64,000 nucleotides of DNA. It comes from Isurus oxyrinchus. Its lineage: Eukaryota. The stretch lies in the NCBI GenBank assembly GCA_026770705.1, contig JANJGN010000188.1, positions 496,001 through 560,000 on the forward strand. The letters are read 5' to 3'. A model generated the notes under the pieces. The model was not told where the DNA came from, made no database searches, and was given only the letters and a program-made list of their open reading frames with translations. Shown here piece by piece: positions 1 to 12,269 of this stretch (positions are counted from its first letter, which is position 1; every line of letters starts with the position of its first letter). A program made the translations under genes and the position numbers.

Positions 1-204
1 TGCAACATTAACTTTTTGCTATTGGACTTTACTGATAAACACCAGGATACGACAGGGCAGTGTCAACATGTCCTGTTCCTTTCAGTATTCGTGAGCAAAC
101 GGTCGCTTATAATGCAGAACTTGAATACTGTGGAAAAAATACATCTTGTCGAATCTTTTCTTCTTGATCTCATGTAGACAATCACATGAATAACAATGTT
201 AGGG

Positions 205-920
205 AAAATTTTAGCAAATGCTGTCCGATCACAGAATCACATCTAATGTTGGACACTGTAATTTGAGTTCTGCAACCACGGTCTATTAGGGTACAGTCTG
301 CACCTTGCATGTTCCAACAGCAGAAGTGACATGCTGTTTGATACGATTCAATAGGTCTCCTATCAAACAGCATCTCCCTTCTCCTGTTCACAACGGGCAA
401 GGTACAGACGTACCCAACCAGCCCGTGTTTGCAAAACTCAAAACACAGTGTTCAAATTCGATGAGATTCTGCGATTGGACAACATTTGCTAAATATTCCT
501 CAGTGAGAAAAAAATGTGCTGAAAACCAATTTAAGACTGTGAGTTGGGTTCGCAGTGTGGCGCCTCTGTGTGCACAAGGAGCTACATATATCAATACCAG
601 AGCAGTGTTCTTTGCAGCCAGAAAGAACTTGTACACATAATGCTCCTGTTTCAGTGAAACAAAATAAGTAATAGCCATTCCTTCCTTCTTTCCTCGGTGC
701 AATGCCTTGGTGAATTGCAAGCTGCATTGTTTAAAATTTGAAAAAATGCAGTAGCCATCGACAGGTGCTTTCTCCATGACAACACCTCTATCAATCAGAG
801 TCCACTTGCCAGTGACTGAGCACTCTCTCATCCGATAATATAAAGTTGTTACTTCCCTGACTTTGCTAGTCTTGTGATTGTCATTTTCATTCTCGTTTTA
901 AGGCAAGGATCTTTGATAAC
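205..920 (+). mobile_element. Penelope-like element remnant (GIY-YIG C-terminal region) with an inverted 5' copy
   Basis: The + frame reads IKQHLPS..NGQGTD...NQFKTVSWVRSVAPL..GATYINT. The minus-strand copy reads TQITVSNIRCDSVIGQHLL. ATGCTGTTTGATA (331-343) and TATCAAACAGCAT (361-373) are exact inverted repeats. Confidence 0.7.
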
Positions 921-929
921 ATGCTTTTT

Positions 930-1535
930 TTCAGCATTAACCAATTTATGAACACATACAACAAAGACTGTCTGTCCCCCCACACCCTTCAGAGTTGTAC
1001 ACTTTTTTTTATAATGACCTTCGATTTTCTTCCTACAAAAATTAATCACTTCACATCATTTTGTATTAAACTTCATCTGCCTCTAGTCCGGCCATTCCAC
1101 CAACTGGTCGACGTCCCTTTGATGTTCTACACTATCCTCCACTCATTTCGGAATACCTCTAGGGTTTATATCTCTGCAAGGATTAACATTTTGTGCTATA
1201 CTCAAGGGTCTCGCTCATTAATGCATCTCGGGAAAGCACGTGTCTCAACACTGATCCCTGGGGAACTCCAGTTCAAAGGTACATCCAGCCCGAAAAGAAA
1301 TCTATTCAGGAAAACTTTCCATTTCCTTTCGCTCAGGGAGTTCCGTCTCCACCTTGTTACTGTTCCATTTCTTGCACGAGCTGCAAACTTGGTCACAAGT
1401 CTGTTGTGTTACATTGTGTCAAATGGTTTTTGGAAGACCATGAGACCATATCAAAAGTCGTGCCCTTATCAAACGTCTCTGTTAGCTCTTTGAAAGAATC
1501 TACAGCAATTTCGTGGAACAAGATTTTCCATTAAC
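930..1535 (-). mobile_element. CR1-type LINE reverse transcriptase fragment, decayed
   Basis: The + strand translation NTDPWGTP is the antisense shadow of the RT motif GVPQGSVL, and the minus-strand DFQRA.DV motif is present. Many stops and frameshifts. Confidence 0.75.
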
Positions 1536-1925
1536 GAATTCATACATGCTAAGTGAAACAAGAGATTACAGTCCCCGTTCACTATAAGACAATGTAAAAC
1601 AATGGAGGAGGATGGCTTGGTCAACGCCAAATGCTGACAGACCCAGCAGTGCCCACATCCCAGGAGTGAATAAATAAAGTCACTTGATCTTACGCGCTGA
1701 TAAAATAATGGAGCAGCGAAAATCATAGGGAGCAAATCGAATCTCACAATATGCCGACCAGCAGTCCCCCTTACCGGCGAGGTGGACTCCTAAATTTCCC
1801 GTGTATGTTCATCAAATGATCCCGCTGGAGAATTGTCAAAGCAAGGAGGAAATTCTCATTCTGTTACATAATCATTAAAATTGAGATATTCAACAGCTAT
1901 CAGACAGCAGGAAATACTGACTTAC

Positions 1926-1995
1926 CAGGAGTACCAATGGCTACAAGCGCAGGATAGTAAATATCCTTGATCTGTAGAATTATAGGCCGTTCCAT
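1926..1995 (-). CDS. First coding exon of a GPR139/GPR142-like class A GPCR (rest of the gene probably lies left of the window)
   Basis: ATG at 1995 gives MERPIILQIKDIYYPALVAIGTP plus 1 nt, followed by a canonical GTAAG donor (1925-1921). It matches the IYYP.L...G.P TM1 start typical of this family. Too short for the ORF track. Confidence 0.85.
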
Positions 1996-2289
1996 TCTTT
2001 AGAAGAATCTTCGCCTCCTGTCCTGTTTTGCAGTTCAATTTGGAATGTATCTGAGATCCTTAAGACATCCCTTTTATAGCACAATCCGTGCCCAGTTGAG
2101 AAAAGCAGCTTGCATAACATTTGATGTTAGTTCCAGTCCCTTAACAAACAAAAAGCGCTTCCGCTTCAGTGAATTCAGAACGGCAAAGGCAAAGTTGAGC
2201 ATTTCAGTCCACCAAAGGCCTGCCATTGAAATTGATCACCAGAATGAAATCCCAATGGAAATGTGCCTCAACGTATACATGATAATGTA

Positions 2290-3660
2290 GTGGATCAGCA
2301 TTTCAACGACTCAACAAAGGCTCTGGATCTAGATTAGAACCCTTTTAGATCTAGTAGTGTGCAATGAGGACGGTTTAATTAATAATCTTATAAAACGCGA
2401 TTTCTAAGGCAGACTGAAAATAATAAGGTAGAAGTTTAGATTTTGTTTTTGTAAATGACTTGTTATACGCTGGATCTCGGATGATGACTCTCAAAATAGC
2501 AAACAAATAGCTTTTGAATGCGAGCTGTCAAATGTAGGTTGGGTCACCATTGTTAAAGATATGATTGTGGACAAACAATGGTACTCATTAAAATAATTAT
2601 TGTACAATTTTAAACACGTATACATACATTTAAGTTGTATCAGCCCCAAGACAAAAGAAGAACAGCGCAGCTGTTACGAACAAGAGTGGTTAAATATACC
2701 ATAGTAAAAAAACCGCGGGAATGGAAAGCTTTTAGATTTCAGCCAAATAGGATCTACAATTTACAAGGAGTCAGTAAAGCGAATATGATACTACACCAAC
2801 TGCTAACTTTTAAAAAAAAGTTTGTAAACATTTCTATAAATTATGCAGATGAGAAAAAAATAATCGTGAGAGTAAACATTGACCCTTTGGACTCAGAGAA
2901 AGGTGGAATTATGATTGGGAATGGGGATTTGGCTCCAAAAGGATTCAGAATAAACCTGAAACCAAATATCAAGTGAATATATTGAACTTATGTAAATCTG
3001 TACCAGAAAAGAAACATTTCTAGAGACATTCTTGGGGCCAGGTTGCAAGCAATCTCCTAGACCTTTCCACTTACAACATGGAGTTTTACAGCAGAGGTAG
3101 CTGCAAAGATAGCAGATGTATTGGACTCGATCTTTCAGAATTACTTAGAATCCAGAACAGTTACCAAGGATTGGAAGGTAACGAACCCCGATAGTTAGGA
3201 AGGGAGCAAGAAAGAAAGCGGGGACCTATGAGCTTAACATCACTGCTGGGCAAAATGATATTTTCTATTCTTTTCGGGATGTGCTAATAGAACACTTGGA
3301 AAATCTCAATGTTATTCAATAACTCAACACAATTTGTGCAGGGGAAATTGATTACGGCAATCTTATCAGTGTCTTTGAGGATGTAACTGTGAGGAGGATA
3401 AAGGGAACACAATTGAATACGCTAAATTTGGATTTTCAGAAAGCATCCATTAAAGTATCCTTAGAGGTTCTTACGCAAACTTAGAAATTATGGGATTTGG
3501 CGTCAATACTGGCATGGAAAATGCATCCGTAAATGGACAGACAACAGAAAGTAGGAAGAAAAGTGACATTTTCACCTTGGCAGGCTATAATTAGTAGGGT
3601 GTAGGGCTCAGCTATGTACATTCTATAGTAATGGCTGAGATGATGGAACTGAATTCAAAG
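2290..3660 (+). mobile_element. CR1-type LINE ORF2, decayed (5' part, interrupted by a Gypsy LTR at 3661)
   Basis: Degenerate LDLVVCNE.GLIN, LDFQKA and W..V.S motifs. It ends just before the expected SKFADD motif. Confidence 0.8.
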
Positions 3661-3934
3661 TGTAGGGTCAGGCTGTTTCCCACAGCAAGAGTTCATGTGA
3701 GACTGGAAAAGACCACCATCACATTGTGATATAAAGAGTCACATAACATAAACCTGGGATAGGAAGGTTCGGACATCAGAAAGACATGAACTAGAGGCTC
3801 GTGTAGAAAACGGCATGAAGGTAGCTCTTAGTCTGGGCTATACTGGTGCTTATGTATATCAGCGTGTTACCAATAAACAGTGACTGCTCAACAGTTGAAC
3901 TTTCTTTGTAAGACCAATGGACAGAACCCTTACA
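3661..3934 (+). mobile_element. Gypsy-type 5' LTR
   Basis: TGTAGGGT...ACCCTTACA termini (TG..CA, imperfect inverted ends), internal AATAAA, and a PBS-like TGGTGAC at 3938. Homologous to the inverted copy at 5408-5750. Confidence 0.75.
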
Positions 3935-5187
3935 AATTGGTGACAAATAATGACCGAACCAAGAACTCAAGACAAGCTGGGGAAAGACCCCAAAATCTAA
4001 AAAACTAAAGGAACCATATCCTGACCTGACAAATTCACCAAACCTGAAGAGCACAGCTGGAGATCGCCTAAGAAGAAACCCCATTACAGAACTGGAGGCT
4101 CAAGGGCGGTAGAGAATTCCACTGTGTAGCTGAAGGACTCCAGCAGAGCACGTCGCAGACATTGTGAATCCCCATCCAATACAGAGTCAAATAATCTAGG
4201 CAGATCGCAAGGGTGAGCAAGCTAATAATATTTCAAAAATCGGTACAAAAGCCGAACGGGTATTTAAAATCTTGAGGGCATTAATCAGACAGTACAGTCT
4301 ACTTCCACAGTCACCGTGCCCAGCCAAAGTCCAGAGTCAGCGGCCTAGAACTGTTGAAATAAAAACGTTTGATGCCTCAGTGAAAGCCGGAAAACACCTT
4401 TGATCAATTGAATACTATACTCTCGGAAATTCGCGAGAAGACCCAAACGTTCGATTCAATACCTTGCTGCAAAGAAAATAGATCATTTTGAGGTTGGGTG
4501 CGACATCGCCACTGGAGCCCGCCAAAACCCAAAAGCGCGGGATGAAGTGAACTAAACGGTTACTGCAGAGCCATCTTTAAAAGTGCAACAGCAATTAAAT
4601 CAGAAAACCCTTCTGCTGAAAGAAAAACAGCCATGGATAATAAATCAGATCTGCCAGGTCGATCTTTGCTGACCCAAGGAGCAAATCAGGCACAGAATTG
4701 GTGGCATTGGCGGACATTTTTAAAAGATTTACGATAGCTTTAGGGTTAGATAAGGAGACACAGACTGAAGAACTGAAAACACTGTTATAATCAGAAGGTC
4801 CGATAACCGATGACGTCTTTGTGAGCCAAGGAATACATGAATCTCCGGGTAAATTTGAAGCTGTTCTGAAATCTTTCGATACCTATTTTAACTTAAGAAG
4901 GATTATAAATTTATCCTGAGGAAAGGTCAACAACAAGTCCAACAACCTGGAGAGCCCATTGGCCTCCTGGACCTCATGCTTCCGATAACGGCCCGCAATT
5001 CACTAGTGAAGACTTCACTCAGTTCACATCCATTACGGATTTCAACAACTTAACTGCTCCCCAAATTTCCCACAATCAAATGGTGAGGCGGAAAGAGGCG
5101 GCGCACCGTTAAACCTCCTTGTGAGATATAGAAAGTATCTCCCATAGACGCTTTGAACATTGAGATCAAACTTGCTTCAGTGCAACA
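3935..5187 (+). mobile_element. Gypsy internal region: leader, gag start and integrase core, with a large internal deletion
   Basis: Gag-like MDNKSDLP...NWWHW...RFTIALGLDK from 4633. Integrase core SDNGPQFTSEDF...SPNFPQSNGEAER from 4981. No protease or RT between them. Confidence 0.85.
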
Positions 5188-5189
5188 GG

Positions 5190-5400
5190 TAGGAGCAGAA
5201 CAATGTACCGCATGATCTTAGTAGAACTTATTTCTCCTAGTTTCTGTTACCAATCTGAAACTGTTTACGTTTTGGCATATTGTATTCCACCTGCCCTGTT
5301 CTTTCCCATACACTCAGCCCATCCATCTCTCAGCAAATTTTCTGCATTATCTCCAATACGCACTTTCCCGCCATTTTTCATCGTCAGTTAACTTGGATTC
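5190..5400 (-). mobile_element. CR1 RT fragment (continuation of the 2290-3660 LINE, inverted)
   Basis: The minus strand reads SKLTDD...GGKV...RDMDGLS.W.RT.QVEYN (degenerate SKFADDTK region). Confidence 0.7.
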
Positions 5401-5407
5401 CTGGTGT

Positions 5408-6480
5408 TGTAAGAGCTCTTTTCAGTAGGTGTTCAGACGCTTGCAATGTTGAACAATAACCGTTTGTTGGCAACACATAACTGAAACTGTGCATGTGTGT
5501 GTGTGTGTGCGCGTGTGTATGTGCGCTTACTTGCATGTGTGTGTGTTTCTGTGTGGTTCTGTACAAACTATAGCCCAGACTAAGAGCTCTCTCCACGCTG
5601 AAATCTACTCAGGTCTCCTGACCATGCCTGTCCCATGCTCTAACCTGTCTATCTTAGGCATACTGTCATGTCACTCTTTCTATCACGCTGTGAGCAGTAC
5701 TGCTTTCCAGCCTCACATTAACTCTTGCTATGCCAAACATACTCGCAGTACCTTTCTCTCCACACTTAACCCAACAGAATTGGAGTACAATATTTTTTAC
5801 AGCTGCACTTTCTCCTTGTTCAAGCCGATGACTTTATAGGTTCAGACAGTCAGGAGACCTGACAATTCTTCCAGATCCCATTCTGGTCACATCTGGAGTG
5901 TTATAAGCCCAGTTGTTTTGCGCCAGGTTTGTTGGTTTGGAGTTGAAAAATCAGAGTATCCTTTGTCTCTGGCACATTGTTTTATACATTCATGGGATGT
6001 GGCAGCCGTCTGCCTAGGCCAGTGTGTATTACCCATCACCAATTGCCCTTGATAAGGTGGTGCTGAGCTGCTTTATTGAACCGCATCAATTAATGTGATG
6101 CAGGTAAATCCACTTGATTGTACCTGATTAGTTTAAAAGTATGGTAGGAGGTTCTCCTCAATGGTTGAGGAGGAGAATCCTGTTCCGGCGCATTGTACCT
6201 TCTGGAGTATATAACAGTAATTATCTAGTTTCATCTTCTTCTCCCCAGGATATGATGCCCGGTCTTTCCGGGTTCCTGGTCCGAACCTTGTCATTTCTGC
6301 TTAATTGGAGCAGTATCTTGGTGCAGTATTTCATACTGTAGGCAGAACAGTGCATGTTCATAGGACGATTCTCGGTCCTGAACTTCCTTCTGGTCCCTGA
6401 CTTCCAGAATAACATAGAGATCCAACCTGCCAGGATTTCTGTCTCCTTACCTAAGGAAGGGCAGCTTTCCCTCACAGAAA
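5408..6480 (-). mobile_element. Gypsy 3' portion: integrase C-terminus, polypurine tract and 3' LTR
   Basis: The minus strand gives DKVR...TPEGTMRRNR and ends RSGRIVRSPDCLNL* (stop 5834-5836). PPT GGAGAGAAAGG at 5751-5761. LTR 5408-5750 shares TATAGCCCAGACTAAGAGCT with the reverse complement of 3823-3842 and has a (TG)n expansion. A short LINE-tail insertion sits at ~5975-6120. Confidence 0.8.
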
Positions 6481-7294
6481 GGACAATGCATCATCATTAG
6501 ACTGGTTCATGGGAGGAGATGATTTTGTGCAAAGAGGGACTGATTAAGCTAGCCCTGTACTCAGTTGACCGGCCTGCTTTGAAAACTTTATTTTCTGTAA
6601 GATTTAAATCTCAGGCCACTCCAGCTTAGAGAATTGCGGGAGATCCCAGAGTCAGGAGATGCGAAAAGAGCTCCATCATCTCAGTGCTGACCAGTAGCTC
6701 CATCTGCCAACTATATAACAGCAGCAGATTTAACAAAGACTATTCTAGCTTCCACTCCATCGACTGCTGGTAACGCACTTAGTGTCAGATAGCTCCTGAT
6801 TAAGAATTTACTGGCAGATCATAGACTCACAATAGCATAAGGTATCGGCAGGGGTGCTCCAGAGTCGCCTGAGTTATGGATGGTCGTGATATCTTCCTGT
6901 GATAACGCTGCAAATATAAGTTATTCAACAGCGGGCAGAGATGACAATAACCTCACAAACAACCCTTATTACAGCTCTGGTGTGGAAGTTGGGGGCATGA
7001 TTTATGTTTCTAACTATTCAAAAAGATACGATGACACTTCATCTATTGCCGCCATCTTATTCTTGCTCCAGGAGTTCTGTTTATTCATCTGCCAAAGTGA
7101 TTTTTACTGACATGACCCCAGAATTTTATCTGCTTTCATTTTATGAAGGAGCACAGTTTGATGTTGAACTGAATGAGTCACAGGCATCAACCAATATTCT
7201 CCGGGTTATCCGCTTCTCACTCCACAGGGCCAAGCCACTTCTAGCGTCACGGGTGAATGGATAAAATGAAAAGCAAACATCTCTGCATTAACCT

Positions 7295-7470
7295 CTGTCT
7301 CTTCTCCAGCTCTCTCTCCCTCGATATCCCTCTATCTCTCTCTTTCCATTTTTCTCCCTCTGGCTCTCTATGTGACTCTCCCTCTCAACACCCAACATCC
7401 TCGCGCCCCTACAACCCGTCTCTCTCTCTCTCACACACACACACAAACACACACACAAACACAAAGACAA
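7295..7470. repeat. CT-rich and (CA)n simple repeats
   Basis: Directly visible TC and CA dinucleotide runs. Confidence 0.9.
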
Positions 7471-7689
7471 ACTGATGCTAACACACTTTTTTCCCTATTC
7501 TGGCCCAAGCGAATTGAAATGAAATATTTTCAGAAAGCCGAAGTGACTGCCTTTAAAGAGATTGTTTGGGTCAAGTCCTGGTTCCTTGCCACGATTGGGA
7601 AAATATGGCCAGACAAAACCAAAGATTTTCGACGAGGAAATATGTATCAAGAAGAATAATAGAAGTAAAGGCTGTCAGATTGTTTGCTT

Positions 7690-8672
7690 TTTATTCCTCC
7701 ACGTGATAAGGGCTAGCTGGCTGGGCCAGCCTATATTGCCCAACCTAATTGTCAATGAGCAGTTGATTGTGTGCTCCCTTCATGATCCGTCGCACTTCCT
7801 GTGGTGTAGGTACACGCACAGTTCTGTTAGGGATGGAGCTGCAGGATTCTGACCACGTGACAGTCAAGGAAATGCAATATATTTCCGAGTCAGGATGGTG
7901 AGTGACTTGGACCGGAACGTCCAGGTGGAATTGTTTCCATTGGAGGTGCTTCCATTTATCTGCTGCCCTTCTCCTTCTAGATGGTAGTGGTCGTGGGTTT
8001 GGAAGTTGCTGCCTTCAGGAGCCTTGCTGAATCCTTGCAGTGCATCCTGTAGATGGTAGACACTGCTTATGTCATCCGTCAGTGGCGGAGGGAGTGAATG
8101 CGTGTGTGTGTTGTCTCTCAAGCAGGCTGCGTGGAACTGGACCGTGTCAAATTACTTGAGTGTTGTGGGATATGCACTCATCCAGTCAAGTGGGTATTGT
8201 CCCATCATACTTCTGACTTGTGCCTTGTAGATTACAGACAGGCTCTCAGGAGGCATGGAGTGAGTTACTCGTCTCTGGATCCACAGCCTCTGACCTGCTC
8301 TTGTAGGCACAGTATCTATATAGCTAGTCCAGTTCAGTTTCTGGTCAATGTTAACCCTATATTGTTGATTCTGGGGATTCACTGAAGTGCAGTCGGATGT
8401 CAAGGGGCGATGGTTAGATTATCTCTTGGTGGAGATTATCATCATCTGTCACTTATGTGCTGTAAATGTTACTTTCCATTTGTCAGCCCAAGCCTGGATA
8501 TTGTCCAGGTCTTGTTGCATTTGGCCATGGACTGCTTCAGTATCCGAGGAGTCAGGAATGGTGCTGAAAATTTTGCAATCATCAGCGAACATCTCCACTT
8601 CTGACCTTATGATGGACGGAAGATCATTGTTGAAACAACTGATGATGGTTTGGCCGAGCACATGACCCTGAG
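7690..8672 (-). mobile_element. CR1-group LINE 3' half (RT and tail)
   Basis: ORF 8449-8661 reads NDLPSIIRSEVEMFADDC...QQDLDNIQAWADKW. Downstream reads IDQKLNWTSYI and IYKAQVRSMM. Confidence 0.9.
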
Positions 8673-8674
8673 GA

Positions 8675-9620
8675 CACTACACCGCAAGTGAAAACCATGG
8701 AAAATAATAGAAAATTCATTGGGGAAGTGAAGAATAAATACAGGTAGAAAAGAGTGACTGGGAGAATAGTCTAGCAGTTTTTTTCTCTATGGATATAAAT
8801 AAAAAAGTTGTGAAAACAGGAACTGGTTTTAATTAAATGTTGATAATTCACAGGATTGGTTTAGGGGCAAGGTGATGAGGAAAATAAGTTTCGAAATTGT
8901 GGAGGGCATTGGGCTGCAAATTTCCAATCCTGCTTAGTTATAACGGATGATGCTAGAGGATTGTAGAATTACAATTATTATAGCATTGTTCACAAAATGT
9001 AACTAATTATTATTTTGTAAATCACACACGCACCAGTTTAACCTCAAGTGGTGGAAGAGCTTTTGGAAATGATATCAAGAGACAAAATGTATTACCACAT
9101 AGATAAGTGTGGATTCTTCAAGGAAAACATATCTCAATGTGTTATAAGCAGAATGCATTCAGTTAACTTGATTGTTTTGGGAAGAAGGCAGTCAGTGGAG
9201 CATGGGCACCAGGTCCGCTGAATGATAGGAAACAAAGAGCTGCGGTGATTTGCTATATAATGGGATTCTCCAGCCATCAGCAGTATAATCAATGCTGATT
9301 TTCTCTAACATAGGACGGAGGCGTCAACGTGGAGGGCATCATTTCATAATTTGTGGATGACACAAAACTCAGAAGTGTTGTGAAATTCAGAGGAGCATAA
9401 TCATAAACTTCCAGAGGACAGAGGTAGGCTGAAGAGACAGATGCCATGAAGTGAAATTTAATGCGGAGAAGAGTGAAGCTGTACATTATTTCAGGGAGAG
9501 CGAGGAAATGCGATATAATGTACACTAGTCAACGCTAAATGAGATACAGGAGCCGAGGGCGCTGGAGAAATGGCTGCACCAACCATTGAAGTTGAAAGGG
9601 CATGTCGGGACGTTAACTAA
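8675..9620 (+). mobile_element. Highly decayed CR1 LINE fragments
   Basis: Remnant GIIS*FVDDTKL (9335-9370) and neighbouring CR1 motifs. Confidence 0.65.
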
Positions 9621-11559
9621 ATTAGTGACCAGCGATTCAGCGTAAAATCAACTGGGTCCACCGACTCTGCGTTGGATTTTCAATTCACTCCGAGCATTCG
9701 GCGGAGTTGCAAGGAGAGGGAACTGGAAGATCTTTCTACCTGGATTTCAGTAAGAGATTTGTTGTGTTTATAGCAAATATGGTAACAACTAAACAGCACG
9801 AAAAATAATCCAACTACAGTCGTCATGTATGCGTTGATCTCAGGGACAGTCGGCTCGCAGCACCGCTTGACAGAAGAGAAGGCAACTCTTTGGAGAGTTC
9901 TCACTGCTTTCCGCTAGTATTTGCGCTGTGCTGAGTGTTCTTCATAAGAAGGGAAACCGAGTTAAATTTAATTCCAAAATGTTGTACGGCGAATGCGTTC
10001 GTAACTCAGTTCGTGAATTATGTGTCGCCGACAATTATCTGGGCTATGAAGTACATTTTGCAATAAAGGTTTTTTGTTCCATTCGGACGTGGTTTAAAGT
10101 AATTAGCAAGAAATTATTACCCTCTTGTACGACGCTTGTAAAGCACATAGAAGCAAATGATTTTAGTGCCTCCAGCTGAACAGTCGATGTAGAGACAGTC
10201 ATTAAGGATGTGGAGAGTACACAAGGAGCAGATCATTCAGGAATCCAGCGAGCAATCGGCGTTTTTTCTAGGTGGTGAGAAACCGGGGACCGTAGAGAAG
10301 CAAAAGGATTTCGATCTACAGATACAGAGCTCACTAATCGCCAATGCACATGCGCAAACAATCATTTTAAGATCTGAACTTCCAGGCTGTCATATCCGAG
10401 GTGCCACTCATTCCAATAGATTGTCTTAAATTTGCAGATCTATGTAACAGACGGAGTGACATACAAGCTAGAAGCGAGTTTTGTAATGGAATATTGCGAA
10501 TTGCATCCTAATATTTTGCTGTGAACATGATTTTGGGGCCGCAAATGCATTAGGAATTCTTTATCTGTGATGGTGCTGCATGATGGCGCAAATTGAAGCA
10601 GCTTCTCGCTATTTAATCTAACACTAGAGTATAACAAGATAGAAACCTCGATCAATCTACCCTTCATTCTTCTTTTCTCAAGATATTAGAAACAGATAGA
10701 AGCCCTGAAAACGAAACAAAGTTGCAGGGAACTTCGAGGGATTGACACGAGGTGAATGTCCCCTTCAGAGAACCAGCACAGAATGGACTGGAGGAACATA
10801 AGAAATATCAGGCAGTTTTATAATGTACTTCTACTTCTCTATAATTCACGAACTTACTGGGTGATCTGCTGCCTCAATTACACCATTCTGAGACTCGGGT
10901 ATCCGGCCTCCATTGACCATATTTCCCATAGCTGTCTAACTAGAGTCATTACAGCGTCTATTTTTTCCATTTCCTTCTTTGGATTTCATCCCCTACAACG
11001 CGTTTCCCTGACAGAAAGACCGGCAGCCTCCCTTTGGCTTGATTTCACAAATCTTCCAACTTGCATCAACTATTCGCTCCTAACCAGTGGCTTGTGTATC
11101 AGGATTGTTGTTATTCTGGTATGTGCATTAGACCTTCAAAGCTTTGAAGAGTGTGTTTATTTCAGGGAGCTATTAAGTTGCAGAAATTGTAGTGGGAAGC
11201 TCTAAAGTCACAGGAATGGTTTTCACGAGTGGGTAAATGATTTCTAATGGTGTTTGTTGTAGCAATGTGTAATATCATCCCCTTGAAATGAAGACAGCTC
11301 ATTCGGAGTAACGTTTTAATTGCGTGAATCACTAAGTGTAGGTTTCTAAATCGATCTGCAAGCCGGGGAGCATGATTAAAAAGATCCACCATGCGCCCCT
11401 CCCCATTCTTTCCTGCATAACGTGTGGTAACATAGACCAGTCAACCTCTTCCCTTGCTCTGCAAAACCCGTAATAAATCAAAGTGCTTCCTTAAGTAAAC
11501 ACCTCCAAAGGTAATATTGGTCCATTCGGGCTTCATAATATTGGCATAGAAACGAAAAT

Positions 11560-12010
11560 GCTTTTTTCGGGCTTTGTTATTTTGATGTAAACTTCATAAC
11601 ATCTGCCTCCATGTGATGTTTTGCTGGGTTTTACTGATTTAGTTTTATCACTTTCCTATCTTTATTCCTTCATGTTACTTTCGGACGGTTGCTATGCAGC
11701 CATTCACAGCCCCATGTGGCCATATCTTTTGTTTCTTTACCATGCCCATTACAACTATCTGTGGTTTTTGCATCAAGAACCCTTTTCCCTCCTGCCCTCC
11801 ACTCTCACAGATATTCGCTTTGTACATCCCGACCCTTCCACCTCTCCACATGATTAACATTTAATATATTTATATCTTTCTTCAACTCTGATGAAAAGTC
11901 ATCGACCTGAACAGTTCACTCTGTTGCCTCCACAGGTGTTCCCTGATCGGCTGAGTATCTCCAGGATGTTTTTGTTTAATATTTCCAGCAATCGCTCTGC
12001 TTTGCCTTAC
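11560..12010 (+). mobile_element. Penelope-derived terminal repeat with a degenerate hammerhead-like motif
   Basis: CTGATGAAAAGTCATCGACCTGAAC at 11888. Same family as the repeats at 19240-19580, 47150-47560 and 50610-51280. Confidence 0.55.
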
Positions 12011-12269
12011 TGTCTGAAAAGATGGTGGAATCATATTGAATCTAGATTCAAAGAGAAGTAATTTGCAGTGTGATGGAGGAACCTGGGTTGTGGAATATAA
12101 TTGACAGCTCCTTCCAAGAACAGGCACAGAGTAGATGGGCCGACAGGCCTCCTTCTGAACTGCAGGATTTGATAAATCAGGATTTTAATTTCTGCGTTGA
12201 CTGGGAGATTAGAAAATCGCTGAAGACGTGAAGACGATGATCAAATGGTTCCAGGTAAATGCCTGATGT

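Noticed and set aside
10440-10667. V2R-like EFLMHLRP motif
   Set aside because: The region is the antisense of a decayed CR1 3' end, so the resemblance is probably chance.
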